This document shows, in pieces, positions 1 to 11,725 of a DNA stretch of 64,000 nucleotides. The notes under the pieces are model-generated. The model was not told where the DNA came from and did no database searches. It saw nothing but the letters and a program-made list of their open reading frames with translations. Origin of the DNA: Pseudogymnoascus verrucosus (taxonomy: Eukaryota); the NCBI GenBank assembly GCA_001662655.1, contig KV460231.1. One strand, given 5' to 3'. The position numbers were made by a program, and so were the translations under genes. Positions within the stretch are counted from its first letter, which is position 1. Each line of letters begins with the position of its first letter.

Positions 1-24
1 CCATATCTATAACCTAAAAGTTTA

Positions 25-240
25 CCTGAAAGTCTACGGGGAAGCTGCGACTGCGGCTTGCTTGGTAATCGTTCTTTCCCTATATAGCGCCTGAAAATCC
101 CAAGGAAGCTGCGATGGAGGGTTTGCTTGGTAATCGTTCTTTCCATATCTCGAACCTGAAACTTCCAAGGAAGTTGCGACTGTGGCTTGCTCGGTAATCG
201 TTCCTTCCATATCTAGAACTATATCTTGAACCTGAAAATT
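25..240. repeat. Degenerate ~65-bp tandem repeat, 3 copies plus a partial fourth
   Basis: CCTGAAA unit starts at 25, 90, 155 and 231; shared core GGAAG(C/T)TGCGA...TTGCT(T/C)GGTAATCGTTC(T/C)TTCC. Confidence 0.85.
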
Positions 241-339
241 CTGAGCAGATGCAGCAGAGAATCCACCTCATCAAACCAGGGAGATCGCAAGTTCTGGTCC
301 TCTCGACTAATACCTTGTCTACAGGAGTCTCCTGTCTCC

Positions 340-620
340 TTGTCTCTCTCTCACCAAATGAGTCGGACCCCTTTTTTCTCCGTCATATGGATTCCAGATA
401 GATATGCGAATTTCTTAGTTTGATGATGATTATAACATCACTGGTATCATCGACTGGGAACTGGCCATTTTAATTCAAAAGGCTCGGCATTCCAATCGTC
501 TCTCTTGCTGTACAATCTGGGTGAACTGTATCATAAATGTCTCTCAACGCCAAGCGAAGATGAAAAGCGTCTCTCTACGACAAGCAGGCACTTGACAAGT
601 ATGGCGGAGGTGGCCTATGG
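340..620 (+). pseudogene. Fragment of an APH/choline-kinase-like phosphotransferase, frameshifted
   Basis: Joining frames gives GP.FLRHMDSR..ANFLV/DDDYNITGIIDWELA, the catalytic-loop and IDWE motif region; frame breaks near 370, 400 and 420. Confidence 0.65.
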
Positions 621-1185
621 GAATTATAACTGTCGAGAAAAAGATCTTCGGCCGCAACGACGCCATGTTACCCAGAACACGCGCGCATTGTATTAAAAGT
701 CATCAAGCACGAGCAACTTATATAACCAAATATCAAATTTCGGCGTTATCAGATAACTGTATCCCCTGCCAAGAACTATCAACAACGTGCTTGCTCCACG
801 AAAGCTTGGTACCGCGCACGTGTCGCCCCGACGCCCCCAGATTGGCGCTGAGATGAAATTACAGAACAACAACAACCATGCAAACAGCAGCAATACGACA
901 ACGCCATCACTGAAAGACTTACGACTACAGCGCTTTGGATCGTGTTGGACCCTATTTTATAACTTCCGGCGATGGATAATTAACGGACAAATACGAATGT
1001 CTCTATGCTCCTGTCTAATTGGTTATATGCCAAAATGCGCAGCAGAGTACCTGGAGCTTGTCTGACCCTGGGCGATATTGAATTGTTTTGATATAAGATC
1101 TACCATGAATCCATCTCTTTTTACGATGCTCACAGTGTTCAACTCCACTACTCACCTTTATACAGTCGTTATTTGCTGCTTCAAC

Positions 1186-2894
1186 ATGGTGTCTCGTTCT
1201 CTGTTTACTGCCGGCGCTGCTGCCCTTTCTGTCTTTGCAACCGTTGATGCTACTTCATCGTACCTCAAGTACAGTACCGTACCTGGTTACTTCCTCCAGG
1301 ATATTGATTCCACGGCGACTGATGGATTTGATTATGTAAGACTATATATTGTTAAAGTGACTATACGCGGCAACTGACACATCCCAGACCGCGACAAACT
1401 TTGGCTTGATTGACCAATCCTATGACTCGGACGCGTCCTTTGATCCTGAGGGCACCAAGACCCAGTGGGAGCGTTTTGAGAACGAAGTTACCGCGTTGAA
1501 TATCGCCAGTAGCGCCGATGAGAGATATGCTGTTCTCTACCTCGGTCGCCATGGTGAGGGTTACCACAACGTTGCCGAGTCCAGCTATGGAACGCCGGCC
1601 TGGAACGTAAGTATGCCTATGTCGGTCCTTGACAAATGCTAATTTTATGCAGTGCTACTGGTCGGAGCTTGATGGCAACGGAACCTTCGTCTGGGCAGAC
1701 GCCAAGGTCACGCCGAATGGCATTGCTCAGGCCGAAAGGGCCCATGCCTTCTGGACCTCGCAGATTGCTTCCCAGAAGCAGTCTCTTCCAGAGAGCTTCT
1801 ACACCAGCCCCATGAGCCGCTGCCTCGAGACTGCCAAGCTCACTTTCGAGGGTCTCGTGGCCCCGTTCACGCCTCTCATCAAGGAGTACCTCCGCGAGGG
1901 CATCTCGATGCACACCTGCGATCGCCGCAGCACCAGGAGCTACATTGCCTCCAACTACCCAGGATGGCCATTCGACGCCGGCTTCACCGAGAAGGATGAG
2001 CTATGGACCAAGACCACTGCTGAGACCCCCTCTGCCCAGGATGAGCGTTCCAAGGCCGCCCTGGACTCGATCTTCTCGACTGACCCAAGCAGCTTCCTCA
2101 GTATCACCAGCCACTCTGGTGAGATTGGAAGTCTTCTCCGTGTCGTTGGTCACCGCAAGTTCAGCTTAAGCACTGGCTCTGTCATCCCAGTTCTTGTCAA
2201 GGTTGAGAAGGTCCAGGGCGATGCGCCATTCACTTCCGTTGCACCATGGGAGGCACAGGCTACTTGCAATGCTCCCCCGATCACCAGCCTTGCTGATGTA
2301 GGATGTGTTTGCTCGTCCACAACATCTGCTTCCGCATCTGCTACCACTTCTGCTTCCGCTTCCGCCTCTGCCTCTGCCTCAGCAACTGGTTCCGCAACTG
2401 ATTCCGCAACTGATTCCGCGTCTGCCTCCGCATCTGCCTCCGCTACTGGTTCCGCTTCCGCCTCCGCTTCTACTACCACTGGTGCTGCGAACTCGACCTT
2501 ATCTTACACAACCTCCACTGTCTACGCGACTTCCGTCCACACTATTACCAAGTGCCCAGCCACTGTTACGAACTGCCCCATTGGCTCTGTCACCACCGTC
2601 ACCTATGTGGACTACACCGTAAGTTACTGCTCCGCGCAGTTACTGCCCCGCGCCTCTTCATCCCCTTAAATTGTCTAACATCTATAGACTGTCTGCCCTG
2701 TCGGAACGGTGCCAACCGTCACCCCCGAGGCTCCATACCCATCGGCGAACGGCACTACCGTCATCCCACAGAAGCCTTCCTCGTCCATCTTGCCCACCGA
2801 GAGGCCATCCACTATCCCTAGCAGCGCGACAAGCCTGCTTACTTCCAGCATCGCTATGACTGCTGGATTTGCATTGTTTGCTTTCTGGATGTAA
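1186..2894 (+). CDS. Secreted, probably GPI-anchored histidine phosphatase (phosphoglycerate-mutase/Pmu1-like), 4 exons
   Basis: Signal peptide MVSRSLFTAGAAALSV; LGRHGEG, SPMSRC and SHSG motifs; Ser/Ala/Thr stalk; hydrophobic C-terminus; GT-AG introns at about 1336-1388, 1607-1652 and 2619-2687. Confidence 0.85.
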
Positions 2895-3158
2895 ACTGAT
2901 TTATACCTGGAGATTGTTTAATGTAATAAATCGTGTGTTATTTGTACATACATACTATATTCTTCCTATCAATTGCGCACATTATTGAGCCCTCTCCCTC
3001 GCATCATCTCCAATCTCTCAAAACGATCCTTTCAAAACCAAACAGATTCTAGCATATGATGAATGATCGTAGCATCTTAAAAAGCTTCGAATCCAAAAAC
3101 AACACCAACTCCTAACTTTCTTAACCCGCACCTCGATTTAGAAGCGAGACTTTGATAG

Positions 3159-4164
3159 TCAGTCCCCAAGCGCATACAGCTCCTTCCGATTCCCATCATA
3201 ATCCAACGGCGCAAACTTCCACCACCCCGCATTCCACTTCCCAAACACCCTCGTGAGCACAAACCTCACCGGCGCCTGTGTCTCACATTAGCCCCTCCAT
3301 CCCACCCCCATAACCCCGTACCGATATAACGGAGACAAACTCACAGGTATAGCCGGGAAATTCCTCCACAATCCCCCCTCAAACCCCCTATCCAAATTCA
3401 CAAAAAACATATGTCCCCCCTCCGTCCTCACCGCTCCCATCCCCACCTTCTGAAACTCGATCGCGGCGAGTTTCCCAAGGGGGAGGGCATCGCCGTAGCG
3501 TCGGAGGGAGAGGAGGGAGGGGATCTCGTCGGCGAGGTGAGTCGTTAGGGCGGGGGCAAAGGAGTCGATTATGGCCAGGAGTTTGGGGGCAGAGAAGGAG
3601 GTGCCGGTGGGGAGGAGGGATTGGAGGTAGGTGTTGTAGGATTCGATACCGGCTTCGAAGGCGTCTAGGGGGGGGTTAGTTTGGGTCTGTAGGGGGAATG
3701 CTTAGGGTTAGGGGTGAAGGGTAGGGGTAAAGGTTAGGGGTGAAAAGTTAAGGTTGAGGAAAGGGGGTGAAGTACGGTGTTGCTCGACATTAACCTCCAT
3801 AAGCCCCTTCTCAGTCTTCTCCTCGATCTGCGGGAAAAATCGATCCTCCTCGCCGCGGTGGTGATTCGTGATCAGCTGGTACCAGCATAGGCTATATCCG
3901 ATGAAATCTTTATAATCCTCTGGCTTGACGTGCGGAGCTTGGAGATAGATGCTGGATTCCGTTAGTCTATAAACTATAGAGGGGTGTGAGGTGGGGTTAG
4001 GGGGAAGGGTACCTGTTGAGCGCGCGGATCATAGTGTTATGTGCTATAGCCATTTGGCTGGCGACGGTTACGTATTGGTCGACTGGCTTGTCGGGGCCTT
4101 GGGTGAAGAGGGGGGTTGGGATTAGTTTGAATGGACCGTCGGCCCAGGGTTTGGCAGGTGCCAT
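3159..4164 (-). CDS. Hemerythrin/HHE cation-binding domain protein, 4 exons
   Basis: MAIAHNTMIRALN, NHHRGEEDRFFP, NVEQH and HLADEI motifs; ends GWWKFAPLDYDGNRKELYALGD-stop; three GT-AG introns. Confidence 0.8.
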
Positions 4165-5093
4165 TGTTGAGAGTTGTTTGTGAGTTGCGTTGGGAGTTTG
4201 AGAAATCTGGCGGTATTTTGATGGTATTGGGATACCACGCAGGAGTGAGAATTTGAATAACCTTGGAGTTGGATGGCTGTAGATTCTGGTGATATGCTTA
4301 TTATTTAACATTATGGGCCGGACCTGCCACTCTGGAAGAGCTGACGCGTTAGTTATACGTCTCCATGTCTACCGCGGCAGTTAGGGTCATATAACTGCAT
4401 GACGCGGTACGACGGCCTCGAACGCTCTCCGGGAGGGCGAGATGTAAGTTTTCATAATCGTGGGACAATAAGGCTGTAATATTTCGACATCATGGAGCAG
4501 CAAGGCTGAGAGTTTTACTGGTATACCACCAATGATATGAGTGATACTTTGCGTGAGGTTGTAGTTCAGAGGTCGGTTGGGGAAGCATAGATGTTGTACT
4601 GGCCAATCGGGTGATATATAAACTCCGAGAAGCCGTCTGATGGGAAGGTTGCCTTCACTTTGATAACTAACATCAACAAAAATATTGATGATGAGGAAAT
4701 TGGAGATCTGGAATTTGAGATTCGGAATTAAGAATTAGGCTTCGGTATTCGGCTGATGTCTTTTGATTTAGCCATCGGTATTGAAGAACGAGGGAGGCCG
4801 AGGAGGGCTGAGTGCAGTATCTCCAGTCCGGTCTTGCATGCTTTCTAATGTTTCACATGGAATGATACAGCTTGTTACACCTCAACAAGTCTAGGCCTTC
4901 TATTTTAATAGGTCATAGTGTACCATATGACTAATCATAGCGGGCTTCAACAGCAGTATTACAGGTTAGTAAACGAAGTGGGTATTGGGAGCTTCCGATT
5001 CAAGTCAAGATATACTGTGCAAGTCGAAAGTGACTGGAAGTCAATGTCTATCTGACCCCTAAAATGGCCGTGTATCCTATTTGGTATCCAATT

Positions 5094-6269
5094 CTAAACC
5101 TCAATCGCCTTCCAGAAAGCCATGCTCTCATTTCCCTCCAAAACCGTCGCGATTGGAGTCAAAGATGCACCCTGAAGCGAGTTCATATACATCTGAGCCA
5201 CCTTAATCCACGTAGCCTTCTCCGCCTTGCTCGCCCCCTGGCCTCTCCAGACCCAGATAGCCTTTCCAACATCGAGGATGAAGACATCATCGCCGTTAAG
5301 ATCCGATCTCAAGATAGCTTCACCGTCCTTGATGAGATCGAGAGTTAATTGGCCTGAGGCATCGCTGAGGCGGAATAATCTGGTTGGTCGTCCAGCCTCG
5401 GTGCCCTGCTTCTCAGCAGTGGAGACGGGCCTGGGGCATTGCAGCTCCTGCTGGGTGACGTCCTTGCCTCCCAATAAGCCAACCACAACTCTAGACCTCG
5501 ATTCTGCTTGCGAGAGAACCTCAACATCAATGTGCTTCGCGAGAGTCATATCATGGACCACCTGCGCCGCCTTTGCCTTCTCCATAGGGCTGCACTTCTT
5601 CCCCTGCCACACCCAGATTTTGATACCCGTATCCAAGACGAACACGTCGCCCTCGTCGAGGCTCTCCCAGGTGGGCTGGACCTCATACACCATGATCCCA
5701 GAACCTCTCTTATTCGCTGGCGCAAAGATGCGCAACAGCGTCTTGATCTCCTCCTTCTCAACCTCCCTCTCCACGTGACGGAAGCCCGACTTGACGCCCC
5801 CAGTCAAGATCCTAATGATCGGGAACAGGGACAAGAAATCCTCCGAAGGCGACGCCTGTACCTCTCTGTGCTGGATCGCCGCGCCCTTCAAGAACTCGTC
5901 GAGCTCGACTGTCTTATAAGCTGCGGTGCCCGCCTCATCATGCGTGGTCTTGCTGCCTAGCCAGAAGAAGATATCGTGTCCAAGCTTCTTATTCGCATCC
6001 TTACCAACCTCGTAGGAATGCAGCACAATATAGCTGTCCCCCTCGTAGAACTGGCCATACCGCTCCTTCGGCCACTGCACAACCTGGAACTCCTCAATGC
6101 GCCAGATGCGTAGTCCGGCTACAACGCCAACCTCGCCGTTGTTCCAGGCGGGCTCGGTGGCCGCTGAGGCATACTTGAGGTTGTGGTCGATGTCGGTGCC
6201 AATCAGCTCGACGTTGGAGTCCTTGACGTCATACTCCTTCAGATGTGTTAGGCCGTCGTGGGGTGGCAT
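5094..6269 (-). CDS. Gelsolin/severin/fragmin-like actin-binding protein, 3 gelsolin repeats, intronless
   Basis: GLRIWRIE, FYEGDSYIVL, HDIFFWLG, DEAGTAAYKTVELD, QHREVQ, GDVFVLD and DVFILD..KAIWVW motifs. Confidence 0.9.
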   Translation of the reverse strand: MPPHDGLTHLKEYDVKDSNVELIGTDIDHNLKYASAATEPAWNNGEVGVVAGLRIWRIEEFQVVQWPKERYGQFYEGDSYIVLHSYEVGKDANKKLGHDIFFWLGSKTTHDEAGTAAYKTVELDEFLKGAAIQHREVQASPSEDFLSLFPIIRILTGGVKSGFRHVEREVEKEEIKTLLRIFAPANKRGSGIMVYEVQPTWESLDEGDVFVLDTGIKIWVWQGKKCSPMEKAKAAQVVHDMTLAKHIDVEVLSQAESRSRVVVGLLGGKDVTQQELQCPRPVSTAEKQGTEAGRPTRLFRLSDASGQLTLDLIKDGEAILRSDLNGDDVFILDVGKAIWVWRGQGASKAEKATWIKVAQMYMNSLQGASLTPIATVLEGNESMAFWKAIEV

Positions 6270-7293
6270 TTTTAGGTTTGATGGGGGGGTTAGGCTTTGG
6301 GATAGAGGGGGAAGGTTGAGAACAGGGTGGTGCGGGGTTATTGTAGTCACGTGATTTATCATAAATTACCCCTGTTTCATAAGGAGAACTTATGCAGATC
6401 AATGACGATTATGACAGGTCAGCTTAAATGCAGATAATTGTTCTTTTCATATATTGCGCCCATACCATACATAGTTGCATTTTTTGCCTTGCTCTTTATA
6501 TGCGGTCTCCTCATACGGCTGCTTTCACACATTCGCGTTCTCGGCGTTCACAAAAAATACCACCCGACGCTGCCACCCACTTCCGTAACACATTCGTATC
6601 CGTCTATGAGGTAATGTCGCACATGTATCACTTCAATAATGCAACATAAAGAATTCCATGAAACGTAGTGTAATGTCTTAAATTTGCGTACGTGCTCGAT
6701 TCTTATTTCTAGAGCCATGTGGCTGTAGAACCGAGACTTGTCTCAGCGGAGTTAACATTCCTGCCGCCTATCCGGAAGATTATCATACGTAAATACAATA
6801 CTGCATATATTCCAACCTTCTGAGTCATGTTCTAATACGGGTAAATCCAATATCTTTATAGGATTCAGTATCCAGTTCATTCAGTGGCCTGTCTACAGCA
6901 AGGCGTCGTAATTTTGTATACGCCATCACAGTATATGATGGCATTCTGGCTAAGCTTTCTCGGCCCCTGTAACAACCCCACAAAAAAGGAACGTGGTGAC
7001 TCAAAATATCCCCTGCGAGTGGACAACAATCGCGGCCAGACGGCACCATTAGCGCCGTCAAAGAACTTTGATGACGCTAAAATGTCGGTGTTTAGTTGCC
7101 TCCGTCCCTACGAGGAACTTCGTTACGTGCGTAGTACGTAGCCTCGGGCCATTGATTTCGATATTAATTGTGGCGGCTCAATATATGAACCGAATCTTTT
7201 TCCACCCGGTGGGGTTTTATCTTTTCTCTGTATAGCATCGTTATTATCAGTTTATTGCAGTCGTTTCTGCAATTCCAATCGCTACGGTTCAAT

Positions 7294-9193
7294 ATGGAGA
7301 AGGAGTCGGCGCCTGAGAGGAGTCCCTCTCCGGCCACGGAGTCGACAAAGACGAAGGATGAAGATACGACGCCACAGCAATCAGATCAAGATGTTGCACC
7401 AGCACCAGCACCACTGGAGCCCGAGAAGGAACGGACAGCTCTTCAGACTGCGGTTCTCATGTTCGCCTTATGCGTAAGTTTCCCCCGCCACTTCTGCATT
7501 TGCCACTCAGACTGACCCCGAACTTAGGCGTCTGTGTTCCTTGCCGCCCTCGATGTCACGATCGTTACCACCGCGCTACCTACCATATCCTCATACTTCA
7601 AGACTTCTATGGCCTACACATGGGTAGGGTCCGCCTACATGTTGTCCAGCGCCGCCTCAACACCTATATGGGGGAAAGTGAGCGACATCTGGGGACGCAA
7701 GCCGATCCTGCTGGTCGTGTCGGCTATTTTCTTTTTTGGGAGTGCACTTGCGGCCGCAGCTATAAATATCGACATGTTAATTGCCGGAAGGGCTGTGCAG
7801 GGTCTTGGTGGAGGAGGTCTGTTGACGTTGGTCAACATTTGCATCTCGGATTTATTCTCTATGAGGTAAGCTTACATCTACCTGGTTACTATGCTTTTAT
7901 GCTGACTCTGATAGGAATCGCGCGAAATATTACGGATTTATTGGCATGACGTGGGCGTTTGCAAGTGCGATTGGGCCCATCCTTGGTGGAGTCCTAACAG
8001 AGAAGGTGTCTTGGAGATGGTGCTTTTATATTAACCGTAAGCCACTCCCTTCACATGCCTGTCAAACACCGACTAACTAAGCTATAGTTCCTATTACCGG
8101 TGTGGCATTTTTCATCATTGCCTTTTTGCTGCATCTCGACACCCCAAAGACGCCCGTTGTCGCAGGATTGTTGGCGGTTGACTGGCTTGGAAGCATTTCA
8201 ATCGCAGGCGCGACCGTGATGTTCCTACTGGGGCTTACTCTCGGTGGCGTCATTCACCCATGGGATTCTCCCATTGTGCTCTGCCTGTTAATATTTGGAC
8301 CTCTACTCTTCGTTATCTTCCTCGCGATCGAGTGGAAGGTAGCGAAATACCCAATTATGCCTCTGGAGATGTTCGAGAACACATCCAACATCGCATCCTT
8401 ACTTGGGGTATTTTTCCACGGCATGATGATGGTGATTGGTTCGTTTTTCGTGCCTCTCTACTTCCAATCTGTCCTGGGCGCCACGGCTCTGTTATCTGGT
8501 GTCTGGCTGCTCCCTCTTGCTCTGTCATTATCATTTAGCTCTGCCGGTACAGGCTTGTACATCTCCAAAACCGGTCGCTATATGGATTGTATCCGGGTAG
8601 CCTTCACTCTCTCCGTCCTCGGCTTTGGGCTCCTTTACGATCTCCCGCTGGGCAAGACATGGTCAAAGATTATTATCTACCAGATCATCTGCGGATTGGG
8701 TGTCGGTCCTAACTTCCAGAGTCTCTTGCTGGCGCTGCAAAACCAGGTGAAACCGCATCACTACGCCTCCGTTACAGCGACACTCGGATTCACTCGCAAC
8801 CTTGCGACGGCCATCGGCGTTGTGGTCGGAAACGTCGTCTTCCAGAACAGCATGCTCAAGCAAGAGCCGCATCTGAAAGCCAACCTCAGTCCGCAAGCAG
8901 CTGAAATGCTGTCAGGGAAGAACGCAGAAGCGAGTGTGTTCTTTGTTAACACGCTTCCTGCCCTGGAAAGAGATATTGCAAGAGCGGCATACTATGCGTC
9001 TTTGAGGAATGTTTGGCTTACAGCTATTGCGTTCGCAGCGGCAGGACTTATTTCTTGTATATTTATCAAGGGTCGTAAACTTAGCAAAGTTCACGAGAAG
9101 GTCGAGACGGGACTTGCGGCCGAGGAACGTAAGGCGAGAGATAGGAAGGCGGCTGCGGAGGCGAAGGCGGCTGGTGAGAAGGATATTGTATGA
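7294..9193 (+). CDS. MFS drug:H+ antiporter (DHA2, 14-TMS), 4 exons
   Basis: [46 protein letters not shown] and DWLG motifs; introns start at 7474, 7866 and about 8037. Confidence 0.9.
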
Positions 9194-9662
9194 GGGCTTA
9201 TGCCTCATATGGGAATTATCTGTCATTTTGGAGCGGCATTTGGTTTGGCATATTTTGGGGGGATACCACAAAACGGATATACTTGCATATATTAGGTCAT
9301 AGCCACGGAGTACGGCGCTGGATATATATTACTACATATGACTAGACATTAAATAAAAAATAATAGCTCTTTGAATGTTTTCCAGCTGCGCAATATTAAG
9401 TCTGATTTATATTTATAACCAACCAGGACTGACTTTCCTGTTATAAGGTTTAGTCATCTCTATGAGCTCTATATTAGCTGTGCCTTTCCCAACCTACCAC
9501 CCATCATCTCTCCCTTACTCCATGAATATATCCACGCCTAGCCCATCGCCCCAAACTCTAACAGAACTCCCCGGCACAGAAACCTAAAAATTTATGCGCC
9601 TTCCCCACCTGGTATAAACTCCACCCATCTAGGGACTTTCCATCCCATCGTGTAAACCCCAC

Positions 9663-10563
9663 TTAAATAAGGACGATACCAGATAGCAAAGCCAGAAAAC
9701 CAGCCAGCAGATATGGCGAATAAACACTCTTTTGCGCCGAAGATTGTGTCACAAAAGTCTTATCGTCGTCTCGAATTGTTCCCGTTCGATTCGTCAGCAC
9801 CGCAGGGCATTCGACCCGCGTAAAATTCGCGCTGTGGGAATTATTAGTTACAAATTTGCGAGGATCAAGGTGCTGTAGAGAACTTACGTCGGTCGCTGGG
9901 CATCTAGAAACCAATTGAACCGCCAATGACACGGCGCTTGTAGAGCCTTGGGCAGCTTGTCGCACTGAGAAGCTGTAATGAGACCGACATCTGCCTCGCC
10001 GAAGACTGTATTAGAGACGCCGTATTGGAGCGCACATGCCGCGGCATAGCTTGTATTTCCGCCTGGAATCTGGATTATGTGAGCTTGTGTGACTCCTATA
10101 TCCGCAGATGCTGGTGGCTTACGGCAAGAGCAAATCTATTCGCAGTGTGTACATCATATCCCGTATTGTGAACCTGGATGACCATTCGTTTCCCCTTCAC
10201 CTCCCCGCTCGTAAAGTCCAGCTGGTAACAAGCTCCACACCACGCATCCTCAACATATCCCGGGAACGACGCCCCCGCGAAGCCGTAGGAGAACGTATCG
10301 TTAACCGCCCAGGGCGATTGATCAGCGCATAAGAATGCATTCCCGCCATTACACCCAGTGCCGGCGTCGAAGTCGCTGAGATGGGTGTTATTGCTGTCGC
10401 AGGAGAAGACGGGGGAGTTGAAGCTGGCTTTGCCTTTCCATCCGCAGGAGGGCTTGCAGCAGTCCCAGTAGCGGTCTGTTATGGCGGGACCGGAGGTGGG
10501 ATAGGAGGCCGATGTGAGGGAGGGGAGGAGGAGGAGGAGAGAGAGGATTATATGTTTTGACAT
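9663..10563 (-). CDS. GH45 endoglucanase-like secreted protein with a hydrophobic C-terminal tail, 3 exons
   Basis: Signal peptide; TDRYWDCCKPSCGW, CADQSPWAVND, CGACYQL, IPGG, CHWRFNWF and VECPAVL motifs; introns 10070-10122 and 9832-9887. Confidence 0.88.
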
Positions 10564-11725
10564 GGTTGGCGTGGCACTTCCATATATTTAGACAAGACTG
10601 GTTGAATATGAAGAAAGGCAATTGACGTCTGCCATGGCGGTAGATAAAAAGTCCAACCCTGGAGCAACCAAGCTCCCCATATTAATGGCTTGGTGGTGCT
10701 CAGGAGTTCTCCGCAAGCGCTGTCTGATCCTCTGGCCGTCTAGTATTGCCCTAGCCGTTGTGGGGAACCTTGTCCAGAAGCCGCCCTCCTATCAAAGCTG
10801 TAATCGACTTCCCTCGGGCCTCTTATTAGTAGGCTACCCGAGCAGAGCACGAGCAGAGCACACGCTTCCGGTTTCACGCATGACTCCACTCAGAAAACTA
10901 AGCTACAATGCCGCCATGGTGGTGTTGGACTACCAATTGCTTGTTCGATCTAGAGAACGCGCAATACAGATCCGTCGCAGGGACTGTTGGCTAGACCAAA
11001 GCGTAGCGTGTGGGAGATTAGTTGCGCAGCGATAACCCTGTGCAAATCGTAACCAAGAGGTAACAACCTAGACCTCCCAGGGTCAAAGCGAGCGCCATAC
11101 TCGTTGGCCGCTGCAGATGTCTCACATGTTTTTACCCGAGTAAGACACAGTTACGACGCTGTATGCGCGACCGCACAAGAGCAGTTGGAGATCCATAGGC
11201 CCTGGCAGTTTTTAGTCGTCGACCGGCTTTTGCTTGCATGGCTTACCAGGCAGTCGGTTGGTAGGAATCAGGGGGAATATACCCCGCATTTGGCCCGACT
11301 CCATTCAATGTCCCGCTATAGCCCCTACACCCATGGTCCGCATTGTCTTGGACCTTGCGAGTTCTCGGCCCTTAATGAGGAATTCATGCATTATTAGTGG
11401 CTGACGCCCTTGACCAGAGTTACATGTATAGAATGTCACGGCTGTAAGCGGTTAGCAGATGGATCTCTCCATATACGCCAAGTCCGCTCTCATTGAAGAT
11501 CATACCTGTTATAGAATTGGTCGAAAGGAGAGTAAGACTCCGCGATCAGACCCCATTAGTCGATCAATTGTGAGCCTTTAATTTAGTAGGCAACCTTTTT
11601 CGAAAAGGCGTGTGTTCTGTGTTCCTCAAAAGCTGTAAACCCACGTCCTGCAAAATATTACATGTCAATTGCCAGACCTGACTCCTTGGCTTCGTGGAGA
11701 TGTGAACCGCGTCACGGTAGTTACG

